64,000 nucleotides of DNA from Octopus sinensis (GCF_006345805.1 NC_043001.1:133052001-133116000), one strand, 5' to 3'. Positions 26,614 through 38,854 are shown, numbered from the stretch's first letter. Program-made: numbers and translations. The notes: a model not told the origin generated them from the sequence alone.

Positions 26614-26716
26614 TACATATATATATTTACATACGTACATAATAATTAAAAACAGAAGAGACTACATACATACATCCATACATACGCACACACACGCGCG
26701 CGCACACACACACACT

Positions 26717-26764
<48 letters not shown>

Positions 26765-26978
26765 CACATGCACGCACGCACACACACACACAGTTGCTAC
26801 GATTTCGCATTCTCACTGCAACGGCCGAGGTTCGTTTCGCCGCTTGTGAAATAACTTTTCCACCTGGCCACAGCCTTGGTGCTAAAGCGTATAAAATATA
26901 TATATATATATATGGCCAGGTGGAAAGGTTATATATATATGATATATATATATAAATACATGCATACATATATATATA

Positions 26979-27019
<41 letters not shown>

Positions 27020-27062
27020 TATATACATACATACATTATATATATGAATATATGTATGTATG

Positions 27063-27120
<58 letters not shown>

Positions 27121-27374
27121 TACGTAAAGGGAGAATTCACAAAAAAACACGAAGACAGCTAGTGTAGACAACAAACAGATGTATTAGTATAACGCTCGGG
27201 AAGTGAAAAAGTCTTTAACGTTTCGAGCCTACGCTCTTCCACAAAAAGGAACACAGAAAGAAAATAAAGAATGTCTAGTGGCTAGCGATCTATCATGGCG
27301 AATGGATACATACATACATACATATATATAAATATATGCATGTATGTATGTATGTATGTATGTATGTATGTATG

Positions 27375-27408
<34 letters not shown>

Positions 27409-27709
27409 TGTATGTATGTATAAATAAGTAAATATTCTAACGGTGGTGCTCTATGACCACAGCTTCAAAGCGCGCACACAGGCAGGTGAGTATATTGGTG
27501 CAAAACAAGGTGGGGAGAAAATAGAACTCAAATACCAAAGGTAGAGTAAAATACTATTTTGTTGAATCCGAAAAAAATTCACAAACTCTTATTCAGAGTT
27601 TCAAGTAACCGTTTATCAGACACTTATGATAACACAAATAAATAAAATAATTCTTAAATTGTCAGTGTACATAAGTATTCATGGATACCAATTCAACGAA
27701 TAAGCATTA

Positions 27710-28221
27710 CCGTAAATCCTCGTGTATAATCCGCATTTTTTTCCCAAAATTTAAAGGTCAAAATCCTTAGTGCGTACTATATACGAGGTTAAAAATGAAA
27801 ATTATTTTCTAAGCAATGTCCGAGTCCCTATTTGCTGTCCGGCAATGTTTATTCAGACGTATTTTGTGATGTCGGGCGCAAAAATACCTTAAGCTAAGCC
27901 TGAAAGCAATGAAGTCATAAAAGAATCATCCATAACTTGCAGTAAGCAACATTTATTAAATGTTATTACTATCATTTCTTTATTTTCTGCAAACAAAATG
28001 CACAAAAAAGCTACACGTTTGCATTATGTTATATATACAATAATAACAAAGGACGTTACCGTATACCTTTTTATTAGCCAAAGACGTTATATAGACCTCC
28101 TTGACTCAAGTTAGAGAAGGGGTGCGTATTATACACAAGGTTTAGGTTTTTCAGAGGTACAGCGCCCTAAAAATCCCCTGCATTTTATACTCAAGGGCGG
28201 GCTATACTCAAGAATTTACGG
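27710..28221. mobile_element. pogo/Tc2-like MITE
   Basis: TIRs CCGTAAATCCTCGTGTATA / CCGTAAATTCTTGAGTATA flanked by TA. Confidence 0.8.
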
Positions 28222-28324
28222 TAATTATTATCCAGATAAACAACCAGATGGAGGGATAGATACGTTGATCCCTCCCTCCCTCTATCCATCCATCCATCCA
28301 TCCATCCATCCATATGTACGTACG

Positions 28325-28610
28325 TACAGAATATTGTTATTTGGGACAGACAACTAAAAAGTTTGTACCGTCATAGAGGTCAGCTGTTCTGCTGATGTGA
28401 ATATCTCTTTGAAACTTCCAGTTTCTATATCCAGATTATAAATTTTCATTTATACCGATAATAATCAGTGTACTTGGTTTTGTCAGTAAATGCCTAAGTG
28501 ACAATCTGGATAAGCTAGGGTTTTCAGAAAAAAGAAGAAAAAAACAACTAGCACATTACAAATACTGTGGAACAATAAAGATATACAAGACATTTCTCAA
28601 GTTTAAAATG
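28325..28610 (+). mobile_element. RLE-type LINE 3' relic
   Basis: NIVIWD...VIEVSCSADVN...YPDYKFSFIPIIISVLGFV...GTIKIYKTFLKF, a restriction-like endonuclease C-terminus. Confidence 0.65.
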
Positions 28611-29208
28611 TGACATTGATTTTGTTCCAACGATGGGGCTTTGTATGTTTGTTAGAAACCAGCTCCTTCCTCAAAGAAAGAATTCCAATAATTAAAAGTT
28701 GAAGAGAGCATATAAACATACATATGCATTCATACATACATGCATCATACATACATACATACATACATACATACATACATACATACATACATACATACAT
28801 ACATACATACATACATACATGCATACATACATGCATGCATCCATGCATACATACATACGTACGTACATGCATATACAGAGGGATATTTTTAGATGTATAT
28901 GTGTGCGCGTGTGTGTATTTGTGTATTTATGTATGTATGTATGTATGTATGTATGTATCTATGCATGTATTTACGTATGTATGTTTGTATGTTCTCTTCT
29001 ACTTTTAATTATATAAATTCTTTCTCTGAGGAAGGAGCTGGTTTCTAACAAAGATACAAAGCCCCATCGCTGGAATGTAGATAGCAAAATCAAAATGTAT
29101 CTGTATGTGTGTATACATACATACATACATACATACATACATACATACATACATACACACAGGTTTATATAAAGAAATAGATAGATAGATAGATAGATGT
29201 GTGTGTGA

Positions 29209-29259
<51 letters not shown>

Positions 29260-29582
29260 CAGAGCTACGGCATAATTTTGATCAACCGCGTTGCCCCATT
29301 ACATGAAGACTACTGATCTCACTGGATTCACAAAAAGACAGGATGCAATTCTATCCAGAGCACCAGTCTCGCCAAGAAACATGTACATTAGATTTAGAAG
29401 ACTTCAGTTTCCGGAGCCCCTAAGTTTTGCCATCTTAATAACTATATTTCAGTAGCTAACACTAACCGTAGCTGGACTGCATTTTGAGTATTACAGGTTT
29501 GCCATTGGCCAATTTCTTTCGGGTAGAATGTCAAAATGCTGAATGTCTACATGATCTTTTTATTTATGAGCCTGTTGATAAA

Positions 29583-29996
29583 GCGAGAGTGGCTGTGTGG
29601 TAAGTAGCTTGTTTATCAACCACATGGTTCCGGGTTCAGTCCCACTGCGTGGTACCTTGGGCAAGTGTCTACTACTATAGCCTCGGGCCGACCAAAGCCT
29701 TGTGAGTGGATTTGGTAGACGGAAACTGAAAGAAGCCCGTCGTATATATGTATATATATATATGCGTGTGTGTGTTTGTGTGTCTGTGTTTGTCCCCCTA
29801 GCATTGTTTGACAACCGATGCTGGTGTGTTTATGTCCCCGTTACCTAGCGGTTCGGCAAAAAGAGTCCGATAGAATAAGTACTGGGCTTACAAAAGAATA
29901 AGTCCCGAGGTCGAGTTGCTCGATTAAAGGCGGTGCTCCAGCATGGCCGCAGTCAAATGACTGAAACAAGTAAAAGAGTAAAAGAGTAAAAGAGTA
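29583..29996 (+). mobile_element. SINE family B
   Basis: Near-full copy. Confidence 0.9.
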
Positions 29997-30144
29997 AGTA
30001 CCTAGGGTGTTCATATGACAATGTTCGAAATCCCTTAGGTTATGACTGGTACAGATTTAGTATCATATAAGTTGGGGCTCATCGCAACTACTTTTACTGT
30101 AATTTCCTTATCATTGCGTACATGGCATTTCTAAAATTTGTATG

Positions 30145-30390
30145 TGAGATTGCTGGGTTCTTGGGACCAGTATCAGAAGACATCAAGAGGAATATAAAAG
30201 AAATTGGAATACAGTGCCCAGTAGAACGGTTACAAAAGGTTTGCCTCCTTCGCACGGCCAGAATAATCCGGAAAGTATTTAGTAGCTGAAAAGAACTAAT
30301 AGCATGGTACCGTAGGATGCAGATAGTAAGCCCGCTATGCATGCAAGACACCAGGAGTTCCAACAAAACCTGTGAAAAAGAGAAAACAAT
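30145..30390 (+). mobile_element. R4-like (RLE) LINE 3' end
   Basis: IKRNIKEIGIQCPVERLQKVCLLRTARIIRKVF*, then a 3' UTR and (AAT)n. Homologue at 40455-40770. Confidence 0.75.
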
Positions 30391-30402
30391 AATAATAATA
30401 AT

Positions 30403-30450
<48 letters not shown>

Positions 30451-30454
<4 letters not shown>

Positions 30455-30720
30455 TGTAAAGTATAGAAGCCATCTTATCATGGCTAACCACATAGGGGAG
30501 GGGGTGTTACTGTAGCTTTATAGCCCCAAGAGATCGTCGTCTCTAGCTGGCTTTAGACACCATATCAGTGCCCTTGAAGTATTTGCAAATATTTCAAGGG
30601 CACTGATATGGTGTCTAAAGCCAGCTAGAGACGACGATCTCTTGGGACTATAAAGCTACAGCAACACCCCCTCCCCTATGTGGTTAGCCATGATAAGATG
30701 GCTTCTATACTTTACATTAT
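30451..30720. repeat. 270-bp near-perfect palindrome without spacer
   Basis: 135-bp arms with 3 mismatches, centred on ATTTGCAAAT at 30581-30590. Confidence 0.95.
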
Positions 30721-30780
30721 CGAGCGATTACTGTTTCAATCTCATTCTGAGATTTAATTAATAATAATAATATTTTAATG

Positions 30781-30833
<53 letters not shown>

Positions 30834-31367
30834 GTTTATATATTTGTTTTGCAAGATTTTTGATGTGAAATCGTGTGTTGAAACAGATATTGTTGTATTT
30901 AGGAATGGTCATTTTGCCAGTTTAGCCAATAAAACACAGCGTTATTAATTTTTTACATTAATCTTAATCTTATTTCGAGCCAGAGTTCTTTCGACACACT
31001 CCTGTGATCGCATCAGTGGTCTTTTGCTTTCTTCTTTCTTATTTGTGTGTCTCTCCTTACTAACGGTCAGCCATTTTGTATTTTGTATTTCTATTGTATG
31101 TGTCTTCATTTGCGCATGCGTATATCTCTATGTGTGTCTATGTTTAGTTAGTGTATGTGTGTGTGGGGGGGGGGAGTGCCTGCAATATTTGTATCTCCTG
31201 TTTATATACGTTCGTGTAATGGCCGAAATAAGATTAAGGTTAATGTAAAAAATTAATAACGCTGAAGCAAAGTAACACCAAATATATAGTGCGTGTGTTT
31301 TTATTGGCTAAACTGGCAAAATGACCATTCCTAAATACAACAACAACAACAACAATAACAACAACAA

Positions 31368-31401
<34 letters not shown>

Positions 31402-31404
31402 AAC

Positions 31405-31439
<35 letters not shown>

Positions 31440-32055
31440 TACTTTCTACTACAAGCACAGAGCCCAAAGCACTCCACTTTCCACACGTTATAAGAATGAT
31501 TATTATTTCCATTATTGGTTAACATTTCGACATCACAGTTTCTACTCATTTATTTACAAGATACTTTAAAAATTAGAGAAATTTCAAGTCTTAAAGATTT
31601 CAAATGCAACAAAGTTTTTCTCACTTTTACTTACCCTGTGGGCTTATTTAATATACTAGAATTAACAGTCCGCGACAGCATCGAGGATACTTTTGAATTT
31701 TTGCCACCAACCAATCATTTCCTTGGCCCTAAACACCCCGGAAAGCGAGGGAGCTCGGTGCGAAGTTCATATCCTGACTAATTTTTTTTTTCTCTCTGTG
31801 AGGAAGGTTTACGTAAATATATGACATTTACAGGCTTAAATTACGAAATAAGCTCCAGATATTGAACCCCTATTAGAAGCACAATGCACCAGAAACTGGG
31901 CAATGCTATACATATTGGAAAACAATTTCATTTAGTACATGAAAGAACTTTTCATGAGAAAGTTAGAGTTCTATTCACTTTGGAAAGTTTGTGCAGTCAG
32001 AGCTCTCTCTTGACAGTCGGCAAATGCTTAAGTTGTCTACACATACACACACGTG

Positions 32056-32205
32056 TGTGTGTAAGTAGCTTGCTAACCAACCACATGGTTCCGGGTTCAG
32101 TCCCACTGCGTGGCATCTTGGGCGAGTGTCTTCTGCTATAGCCCCGGGCCGACCAATGCCTTGTGAGTGGATTTGGTAGACGGAAACTGAAAGAAGCCCG
32201 TCGTA

Positions 32206-32274
<69 letters not shown>

Positions 32275-32480
32275 TTATATGTTTGTGTGTCTGTGTTTGT
32301 CCCCCTAGCATTGCTTGACAACCGATGCTGGTGTGTTTACGTGCCCGTCACTTAGCGGTTCGGCAAAAGAGACCGATAGAATAAGTACTGGGCTTACAAA
32401 GAATAAGTCCCAGGGTCGATTTGCTCGACTAAAGGCGGTGCTCCAGCATGGCCGCAGTCAAATGACTGAAACAAGTAAAA
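32056..32480 (+). mobile_element. SINE family B (5'-truncated)
   Basis: Starts within the A box. Confidence 0.9.
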
Positions 32481-33057
32481 TAGTATATATATATGAGAGA
32501 GAGAGAGAAGGAGTGAAAGAGAGAAAGAAGAGTGAAAGAGAGTGAGAGAGATTGGTTAGTTGGTTAGTTGGTTGGTTGGTTGATTTAGTCACCTGATCTA
32601 GTCACCTAAAGGTCAATCGGACCGCCTTGCGGCTGTTAAGAATCTCAGGCACATGTAAGTCATTAAGGAATTGGATTATAAATTTTGCCTCGTGCGTTTT
32701 CAGCTGCAGATCATTGACTAAAAAACCCTGATATGAGTCATCTAATGGTATAAGAGTGCAAGGCTTAGTGGTCAGGGTATTGGACTCATGATCGTAAGAT
32801 GTTGAATTCGATTCCTGAACCGAGCGATGCATTATGTTCTTGAGAAAAATGCTTTATTTCACATTATTCTAGTCCACTCAGTCGGCAAAATGTGATTACC
32901 TGCTACGGACCCGTTTAGTGGGGTGGTGGGGATATCATATGTGACTAGCTAAGACTCTGCGAATCACATAGAAAAGAAGAATTAATTGCGAGATGGATAA
33001 ACGAAAGTGTCGTTTACATGGTTAATTCGAGGGGCAGGAGATTTCATTATAAGTGGA

Positions 33058-33440
33058 TGGAAGCACTCCGTCGGTTACGACGACGAGGGTTCCGGTTGAT
33101 CCGAATCAACGGAACAGCCTGCTCGTGAAATTAACGTGTAAGTGGCTGAGCACTCCACAGACACGTGCACCCTTAACGTAGTTCTCGGGGATATTCAGCG
33201 TGACACAGAGAGTGACAAGGCCGGCCCTTTGAAATACAGGTACAACAGAAACAGGAAGTAAGAGTGAGAGAAAGTTGTGGTGAAAGAGTACAGCAGGGAT
33301 CACCACCATCCCCTGCCGGAGACTCGTGGAGCTTTAGGTGTTTTCGCTCAATAAACACTCACAACGCCCGGTCTGGGAATCGAAACCGCGATCCTATGAC
33401 CGCGAGTCCGCTGCCCTAACTACTGGGCCATTGCGCCTCC
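33058..33440 (-). mobile_element. SINE family A
   Basis: Full reverse copy. Confidence 0.92.
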
Positions 33441-33739
33441 TCATTCTAAGTAAAGAATACTCGTCTAAAACCCTATCATACATTTTGTCTTCCTCTCGTA
33501 TCGGTGTACAAACCTTCGTCTCCAAGGAAATGTCACACTCAATCAACCAGCCTTATGCTTCTACAGTTAACAGTGAGGAACATAAATGGAGGAATTCTAT
33601 GGCGACCTTGAAAAAGTGATAACCTTCAAATTCATTTGAGCTGCCGTGATGGGAGATTTCAGAGCAAAAGTTGGGCGAGGAACAAAGTGAAAATTCTAAT
33701 TGGAAGAAGAAATGAAAAAGGACAAATTTAACGAAAATA

Positions 33740-34300
33740 TTGAGTTGTCCGGAAAGTTCGTGCCGATTTTTCAAGAAAAGAAAAAGGTCAATAAATACTT
33801 GCCATTACATTTTTAATCAACCAAATATGAACCATTTTGTTGCGCAATGCGTCTCCATCTTTCCTTTAACTTGAAAATACCCTCTTCCCAGAACTGAGGT
33901 GGTTTCATGGCAAAGAATTCATCAAGGTATCTTTTTACGTCATCCAAGGAATTGAAATTTTTACCTTTAAGACTATTCTGCAGAGACCTGAATAAGTGGC
34001 AATCCGAAGGAACAATATTTGGTGAATATGGAGGGTAGGGTAACACATCCCAGCCGAGCTGCAGCAATTTTTGCCTGGTTCCCAAAGCATCAAGTGCTGA
34101 AAATGAACTTTTTTTCATTTTAAAGGGTTACAGAATTAACACAGGTTATAGGAACATAAACCTTCTTCCACGTAAAGATAGCTTAAACTGTGCTCTAATT
34201 GGAGGTGTAGTCAAATCCTATTTTATGGACTCAACTATGTTCTAAAATAAGTCGAAAGGTAAGCTACTATAAATCGGCACGAACTTTCCGGACAACCCAA
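33740..34300 (-). mobile_element. Internally deleted mariner element
   Basis: 30-bp TIRs TTG(A/G)GTTGTCCGGAAAGTTCGTGCCGATTT, TA TSD, transposase C-terminus with YSPNIVPSD (YSPDLAPSD-like) at 33813-34118. Confidence 0.92.
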
Positions 34301-34370
34301 TACTTTACATCGAGAACTGCATGTCCATGAAAAGTCATGGAAACAGATTACATCAAACACCCAGGAATGA

Positions 34371-34812
34371 CTGGCAGAATCATCAGCACGCTGGGTAAAA
34401 TGCTTAACAGCATTTCGCCCGTGTTCATGTTCTGAGTTCAAATTCCGCCGAGGTAGACTTTGCCTTCCATCCTTTCGGGGTCGATAAATTAAGTACTAGT
34501 GGGGGTTTTCTCATCGACTAGTCCCCTCCCATCAAATTTCAGGCCTTGTACCTATTGTAGAAAGGGTTATTATTATTATCATTAAAACGGAGAGCTGGCA
34601 GAATTGTTAGCGCGCCGGACGAAATGCTTAGCGGTGTTTCGCCCGTCGCTGCGTCCTGAGATCGAATTTTGCCGAGATCGACTTTACATCTCATCTTTAA
34701 GGGGTTGATAAAATAAGTACCAGTTGAACTCTGGGGTCGATGTAATCGACTCATACCTTCCCCTCCCCCCAAACTGCTGCCCTTGTGGCAAAATTTGAAA
34801 CAGTTATTATTA
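34371..34812 (+). mobile_element. SINE family C dimer
   Basis: 21-bp TSD acatcaaacacccaggaatga; near-identical to 40782-41219. Confidence 0.9.
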
Positions 34813-35380
34813 ACATCAAACACCCAGGAATGAAGTTTGACAAGTGATACTTCAGGATGTCTCAGTCATAACGCCATTCAACACCGGTGGTGGCCATTGC
34901 TGGCTACGTGCGAAGATCGCCATCCACGAAATTAGGGAGTAAACGGCATTGGAATATCTCGATGAAGAACCAACTTCTTGGCTGAAAGACATTGCAGTCA
35001 CAAGATTGTCTTTATTCTCAGCTGTCCGTGGGGTAGAAGGCAGGAGAAGATGGCAAGACATCGTGATGGCCACAACATCGTATAGTGCGACACTTGACAT
35101 GGATGATGGTGATCATGGTACATTGAAACATTTTTAAAATATAATTTTTAACAGTGACGAAAACCACACAGATCCGAGACATTTACAACCTTCTATGTCA
35201 ATAAAACGGAATTGTTCCTATAAATTGGGGGGTTTTTTTTTGCCATCTACAGACTGCTAAAAGTCTTCTAACTACCTACACCTTGATTGTTGATTGTACC
35301 GTTACGTATTTCTATACATATACAGACACACGCGCGCACACACACATATACATATATGCATGCACACACACACACACACA

Positions 35381-35433
<53 letters not shown>

Positions 35434-35800
35434 CGTCTTTCATGAGACATAGTTGCAGGATAATATCAAGAAGGAAACTTAGAGTTAACCTGAAGAAATT
35501 GATGAATATTGTGATGAAAATTAATCTAAAAAATGAAAACATGCAAGTAGAAAGCAAGAATCCTGCAGAAGTCAAATGGGAGAATCTCGGAGGGATCATG
35601 GAAAATATTAGAGAAACAGACGACTATAAAAAGGAACATGGAAGGTCACCTTGAGTGTTCCGTTCTCTGCAAGTTTATAAGACATCTAGAATGAATTTCA
35701 GGAAGTATACATTGAAAGAAGGCATTATATTCAAATCAGAGGTGAAAGCACTTAAGAACAATGACTCACAGTGACAGACAAAAGGACGGTGAAAGAGATA

Positions 35801-36212
35801 TACTTTTTTACTCTTTTACTTGTTTCAGTCATTTGACTGCGGCCATGCTGGAGCACCGCCTTTAGTCGAGCAGCTCGACTCCGGGACTTATTCTTTGTAA
35901 GCCCAGTACTTATTCTATCGGTCTCTTTTGCCGAACCGCTAAGTGACGGGGACGTAAACACACCAGCATCGGTTGTCAAGCAATGCTGGGGGGACAAACA
36001 CAGACACACAAACATAGACACACACACTTATATATATATACATATATACGACAGGCTTCTTTCAGTTTCCGTCTACCAAATCCACTCACAAGGCATTGGT
36101 CGGCCCGAGGCTAGAGCAGAAGACACTTGCCCAAGGTGCCACGCAGTGGGACTGAACCCGGAACCATGTGGCTGGTTAGCAAGCTACTTACCACACAGCC
36201 ACTCCTGCGCCT
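35801..36212 (-). mobile_element. SINE family B directly downstream of the tRNA-Ile
   Basis: Full copy on the same strand as the tRNA, head abutting the T7 run. Confidence 0.92.
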
Positions 36213-36219
36213 AAAAAAA
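36213..36219 (-). terminator. Pol III T7 terminator of the tRNA-Ile
   Basis: A7 on + strand = T7 on - strand, 3 nt after the discriminator base. Confidence 0.7.
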
Positions 36220-36222
36220 TTG

Positions 36223-36337
36223 TGCCCCGGGTGAGGCTCGAACTCACAACCTCCGCATAACTTCCGTCTTGTGGTTTGAAACACAAGGAAGGTACTGTCT
36301 ATAAGTACGGCGCGCTAACCGATTGTGCCACCGGGGC
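36223..36337 (-). tRNA. tRNA-Ile-TAT: tRNA-Ile(TAT) with 41-nt intron (36259-36299)
   Basis: Reverse complement GCCCCGGTGGCACAATCGGTTAGCGCGCCGTACTTATA-[intron]-ATGCGGAGGTTGTGAGTTCGAGCCTCACCCGGGGCA. Perfect acceptor and T stems, anticodon stem fully paired (one G-U), intron at the canonical 37/38 position, one D-stem mismatch (A12). Confidence 0.93.
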
Positions 36338-36692
36338 AGCTTGTGAAACATTTTGCAACAATCTTTTTAAACCAAAGGTGACAAATGTCACAAATGTAGG
36401 AAGTGCTACTCATTCTGGTTAGTGAAACGGAGAATGTTTTAATACCGATGAAGAAAAATAAAGTCCCTAGAAAAGATGATGTAACAAAAAAGTGTTAAAC
36501 AGTGGAGGAGAGCAGCTGTGGAAAATTTTTATTCTATGTCATAAATATTTGAAAAAGGGAAAACTCACCTCGTTGTGGAAGGAGTCGAATATCATCTTGG
36601 TTTATAAGAAGGATGATAGAGAAGATCCGAGAAGGTATCGCCCTATGTTTCGCTTGTTTCACATCTATTAACTATCTATGACATAAGCTATT

Positions 36693-37074
36693 GTGGAGAC
36701 GCAATGGCCCAGTGGTTAGGGCAGCGGACTCGCGGTCGTAGGATCGCGGTTTCGATTCCCAGACCGGGCATTGTGAGTGTTTATTGAGCGAAAACACCTA
36801 AAGCTTCACAAGGCTCCTACAGCGGGTGGTGGTGAACCCTGCTGTACTCTTTCACCACAACATTCTCTCACTGTTTCTTCCTGTTTCTGTTGTACCTGTA
36901 TTTCAAAGGGCCAGCCTTGTCACACCCTGTGTCACGCTGAATCTCCTCGAGGACTACGTTAAGGGTACACGTGTCTGTGGAATGCTCAGCCACTTGCACG
37001 TTAATTCCACGAGCAAGCTGTTCCGTTGATCGTATCAGCTGGAACCCTCATCGTCGTAACCGACGGAGTGCTCC
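36693..37074 (+). mobile_element. SINE family A (older)
   Basis: TSD tgacataagctatt; splits the RTE RT region. Confidence 0.9.
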
Positions 37075-37471
37075 TTTTTTTTTTGACATAAGCTATTACA
37101 ATGGTCATAGCAGATAATCGAAACATTTCAACAACTAACAATCTAGGGAGCAAGTAGGTTTTCGGAAGAACGCTAGACCACATACTCACTCAAACACAGC
37201 TCCTTGAGTAGGCGAAAGAGTATCAGTTGTCTCTTTGCATCGCATTCATAGATTATGAAAATGCCTTCGATAACGTCAAGGTGAGTGCTCTTTTGAAGTG
37301 TCTGGAGATAGTAGAAGTCAATGCATCAAACATCTCAGACGAAGCGAATATGAGATGTACCAACGATACATCTCTGCTGCCCTTACCTGTAGCAGTTCCA
37401 GTCATGAATAGTGTTAAACAAGGAGATATAATCACTCCAAAGCTCTTCATTACACGTCTCATCAGAGAAAA

Positions 37472-37860
37472 GTGGAGGCGCAATGGCCCAGTGGTTAGAG
37501 CAGCGGACTCGCGGTCATAGGATCGCGGTTTCGATTCCCAGACCGAGCGTTGTGAGTGTTTATTGAGCGAAAACACCTAAAAAGCTCCACGAGGCTCCGG
37601 CAGGGGATGGTGGTGATCCCTGCTGTACTCTTTCACCACAACTTTCTCTCACTCTCACTCTTCCTGTTTCTATTGTACCTGTATTTCAAGGGGCCGGCCT
37701 TGTCACTCTCTGTGTCACGCTGAATATCCCCGAGAACTACGTTAAGGGTGCACGTGTCTGTGGAGTGCTCAGCCACTTACACGTTAATTTCACGAGCAGG
37801 CTGTTCCGTTGATTCGGATCAACCGGAACCCTCGTCGTCGTAACCGACGGAGTGCTTCCA
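37472..37860 (+). mobile_element. SINE family A
   Basis: TSD catcagagaaa; splits the RTE RT region. Confidence 0.92.
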
Positions 37861-38299
37861 TCCATCAGAGAAATGATTGGAAAGGCGACATCAACATCAA
37901 CATCAACGGCGAGTAATTAACACACCTCGAATACTGACTATACCGTGCCCATCGAAGATACCTCAAACCAGTTGCGGACCATCCTGATGGAGCTGAACAA
38001 ACAGAAAGCAGCAGTAGGCCACACAATAAACCGCATTAAAACAAAATGCACGCAGCCCGAAAACGTAGCACGCAATCGAATAGTGGTGGGAAACATAATA
38101 TGCGGAGGTGTCTACTTGGAACAGACCGTAAAGGTTTGTCGAGATTTGCAATGCTGAAATCTTGTGCTGTGTAAGAGCAGGACGGGAGGCATTTGCCCCA
38201 ATTAAAATAAGTATCGACTGGATTCTGGGGCCGATGTACTCCACTTAATCTCTCCCTTAAAGTTTCTGGCCTTACCAAAATCTGAAACCATTATTATGA

Positions 38300-38840
38300 A
38301 GGCAAAAAATAGAGCTCGCAAAACCGTTCGCGAGTCGAAAAAATTGCTTAGCGGTATTTCTTGATTATAAGGCGGCGAGCTGGCAGAAACGTTAGCACGC
38401 CGGGCGAAATGCTTAGCGGTATTTCGTCTGCGTTACGTTGTGAGTTCAAATTCCGCCGAGGTCGACTTTGCCTTTCATCCTTTCAGGGTCGATAAATTAA
38501 GTACCAGTTACGCACTGGGGTCGATGTAATCGACTTAATACCTATGTCTGTCCTTGTTTGTCCTCTCTGTGTTTAGCCCCTTGTGGGTAATAAAGAAATA
38601 GGTATTTCTTGATTCTATACGTTCTGAGTTTAAATGCCGCCGAAGTCAACTTTGCCTTTAATCCTTTCGGGTTCCATAAAATAAAATACCAGTCAAGTAC
38701 TGGACCCTCCTTTGAATTTTCACGACTTCTGCGCTTAAGTACCAGTGAGCATTGGGGTGCTCAAGTGGTACTTAAAGGTAGAAACTAGTCCCTTAAACTA
38801 GTTCCAAAAATATTGGGCTCTGTGTTTATAGTAGAAAGTA
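38300..38840 (+). mobile_element. Nested SINE family C copies
   Basis: Young copy 38371-38601 inside an older copy; duplicated ggtatttcttgatt. Confidence 0.85.
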
Positions 38841-38854
38841 TTATTATTATTGTT

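Larger units (their letters stand above)
33500..38200 (+). mobile_element. Decayed RTE-clade LINE (APE + RT) interrupted by many insertions
   Basis: Colinear motifs: QPYAST..EEFYGDL..VMGDFRAKVG (33547-33675), QDVSVITPFNTGGGH (34853), ALKNN..VKEI|CETFCNNLF (35748-36368), WKESNIILVYKKDDREDPRRYRP (36575-36645), EQVGFRK, AFIDYENAFDNV, VKQGDIITPKLF, ININGE (37900). Confidence 0.88.

Noticed and set aside
33813-34118. Functional or domesticated mariner transposase
   Set aside because: Only the C-terminal part remains in a 561-bp deletion derivative, and the YSPDLAPSD motif is degenerate.
35283-35654. 123-aa ORF as a host exon
   Set aside because: Half is (CA)n, the rest lies within the span of the decayed RTE, and there is no convincing splice pair.
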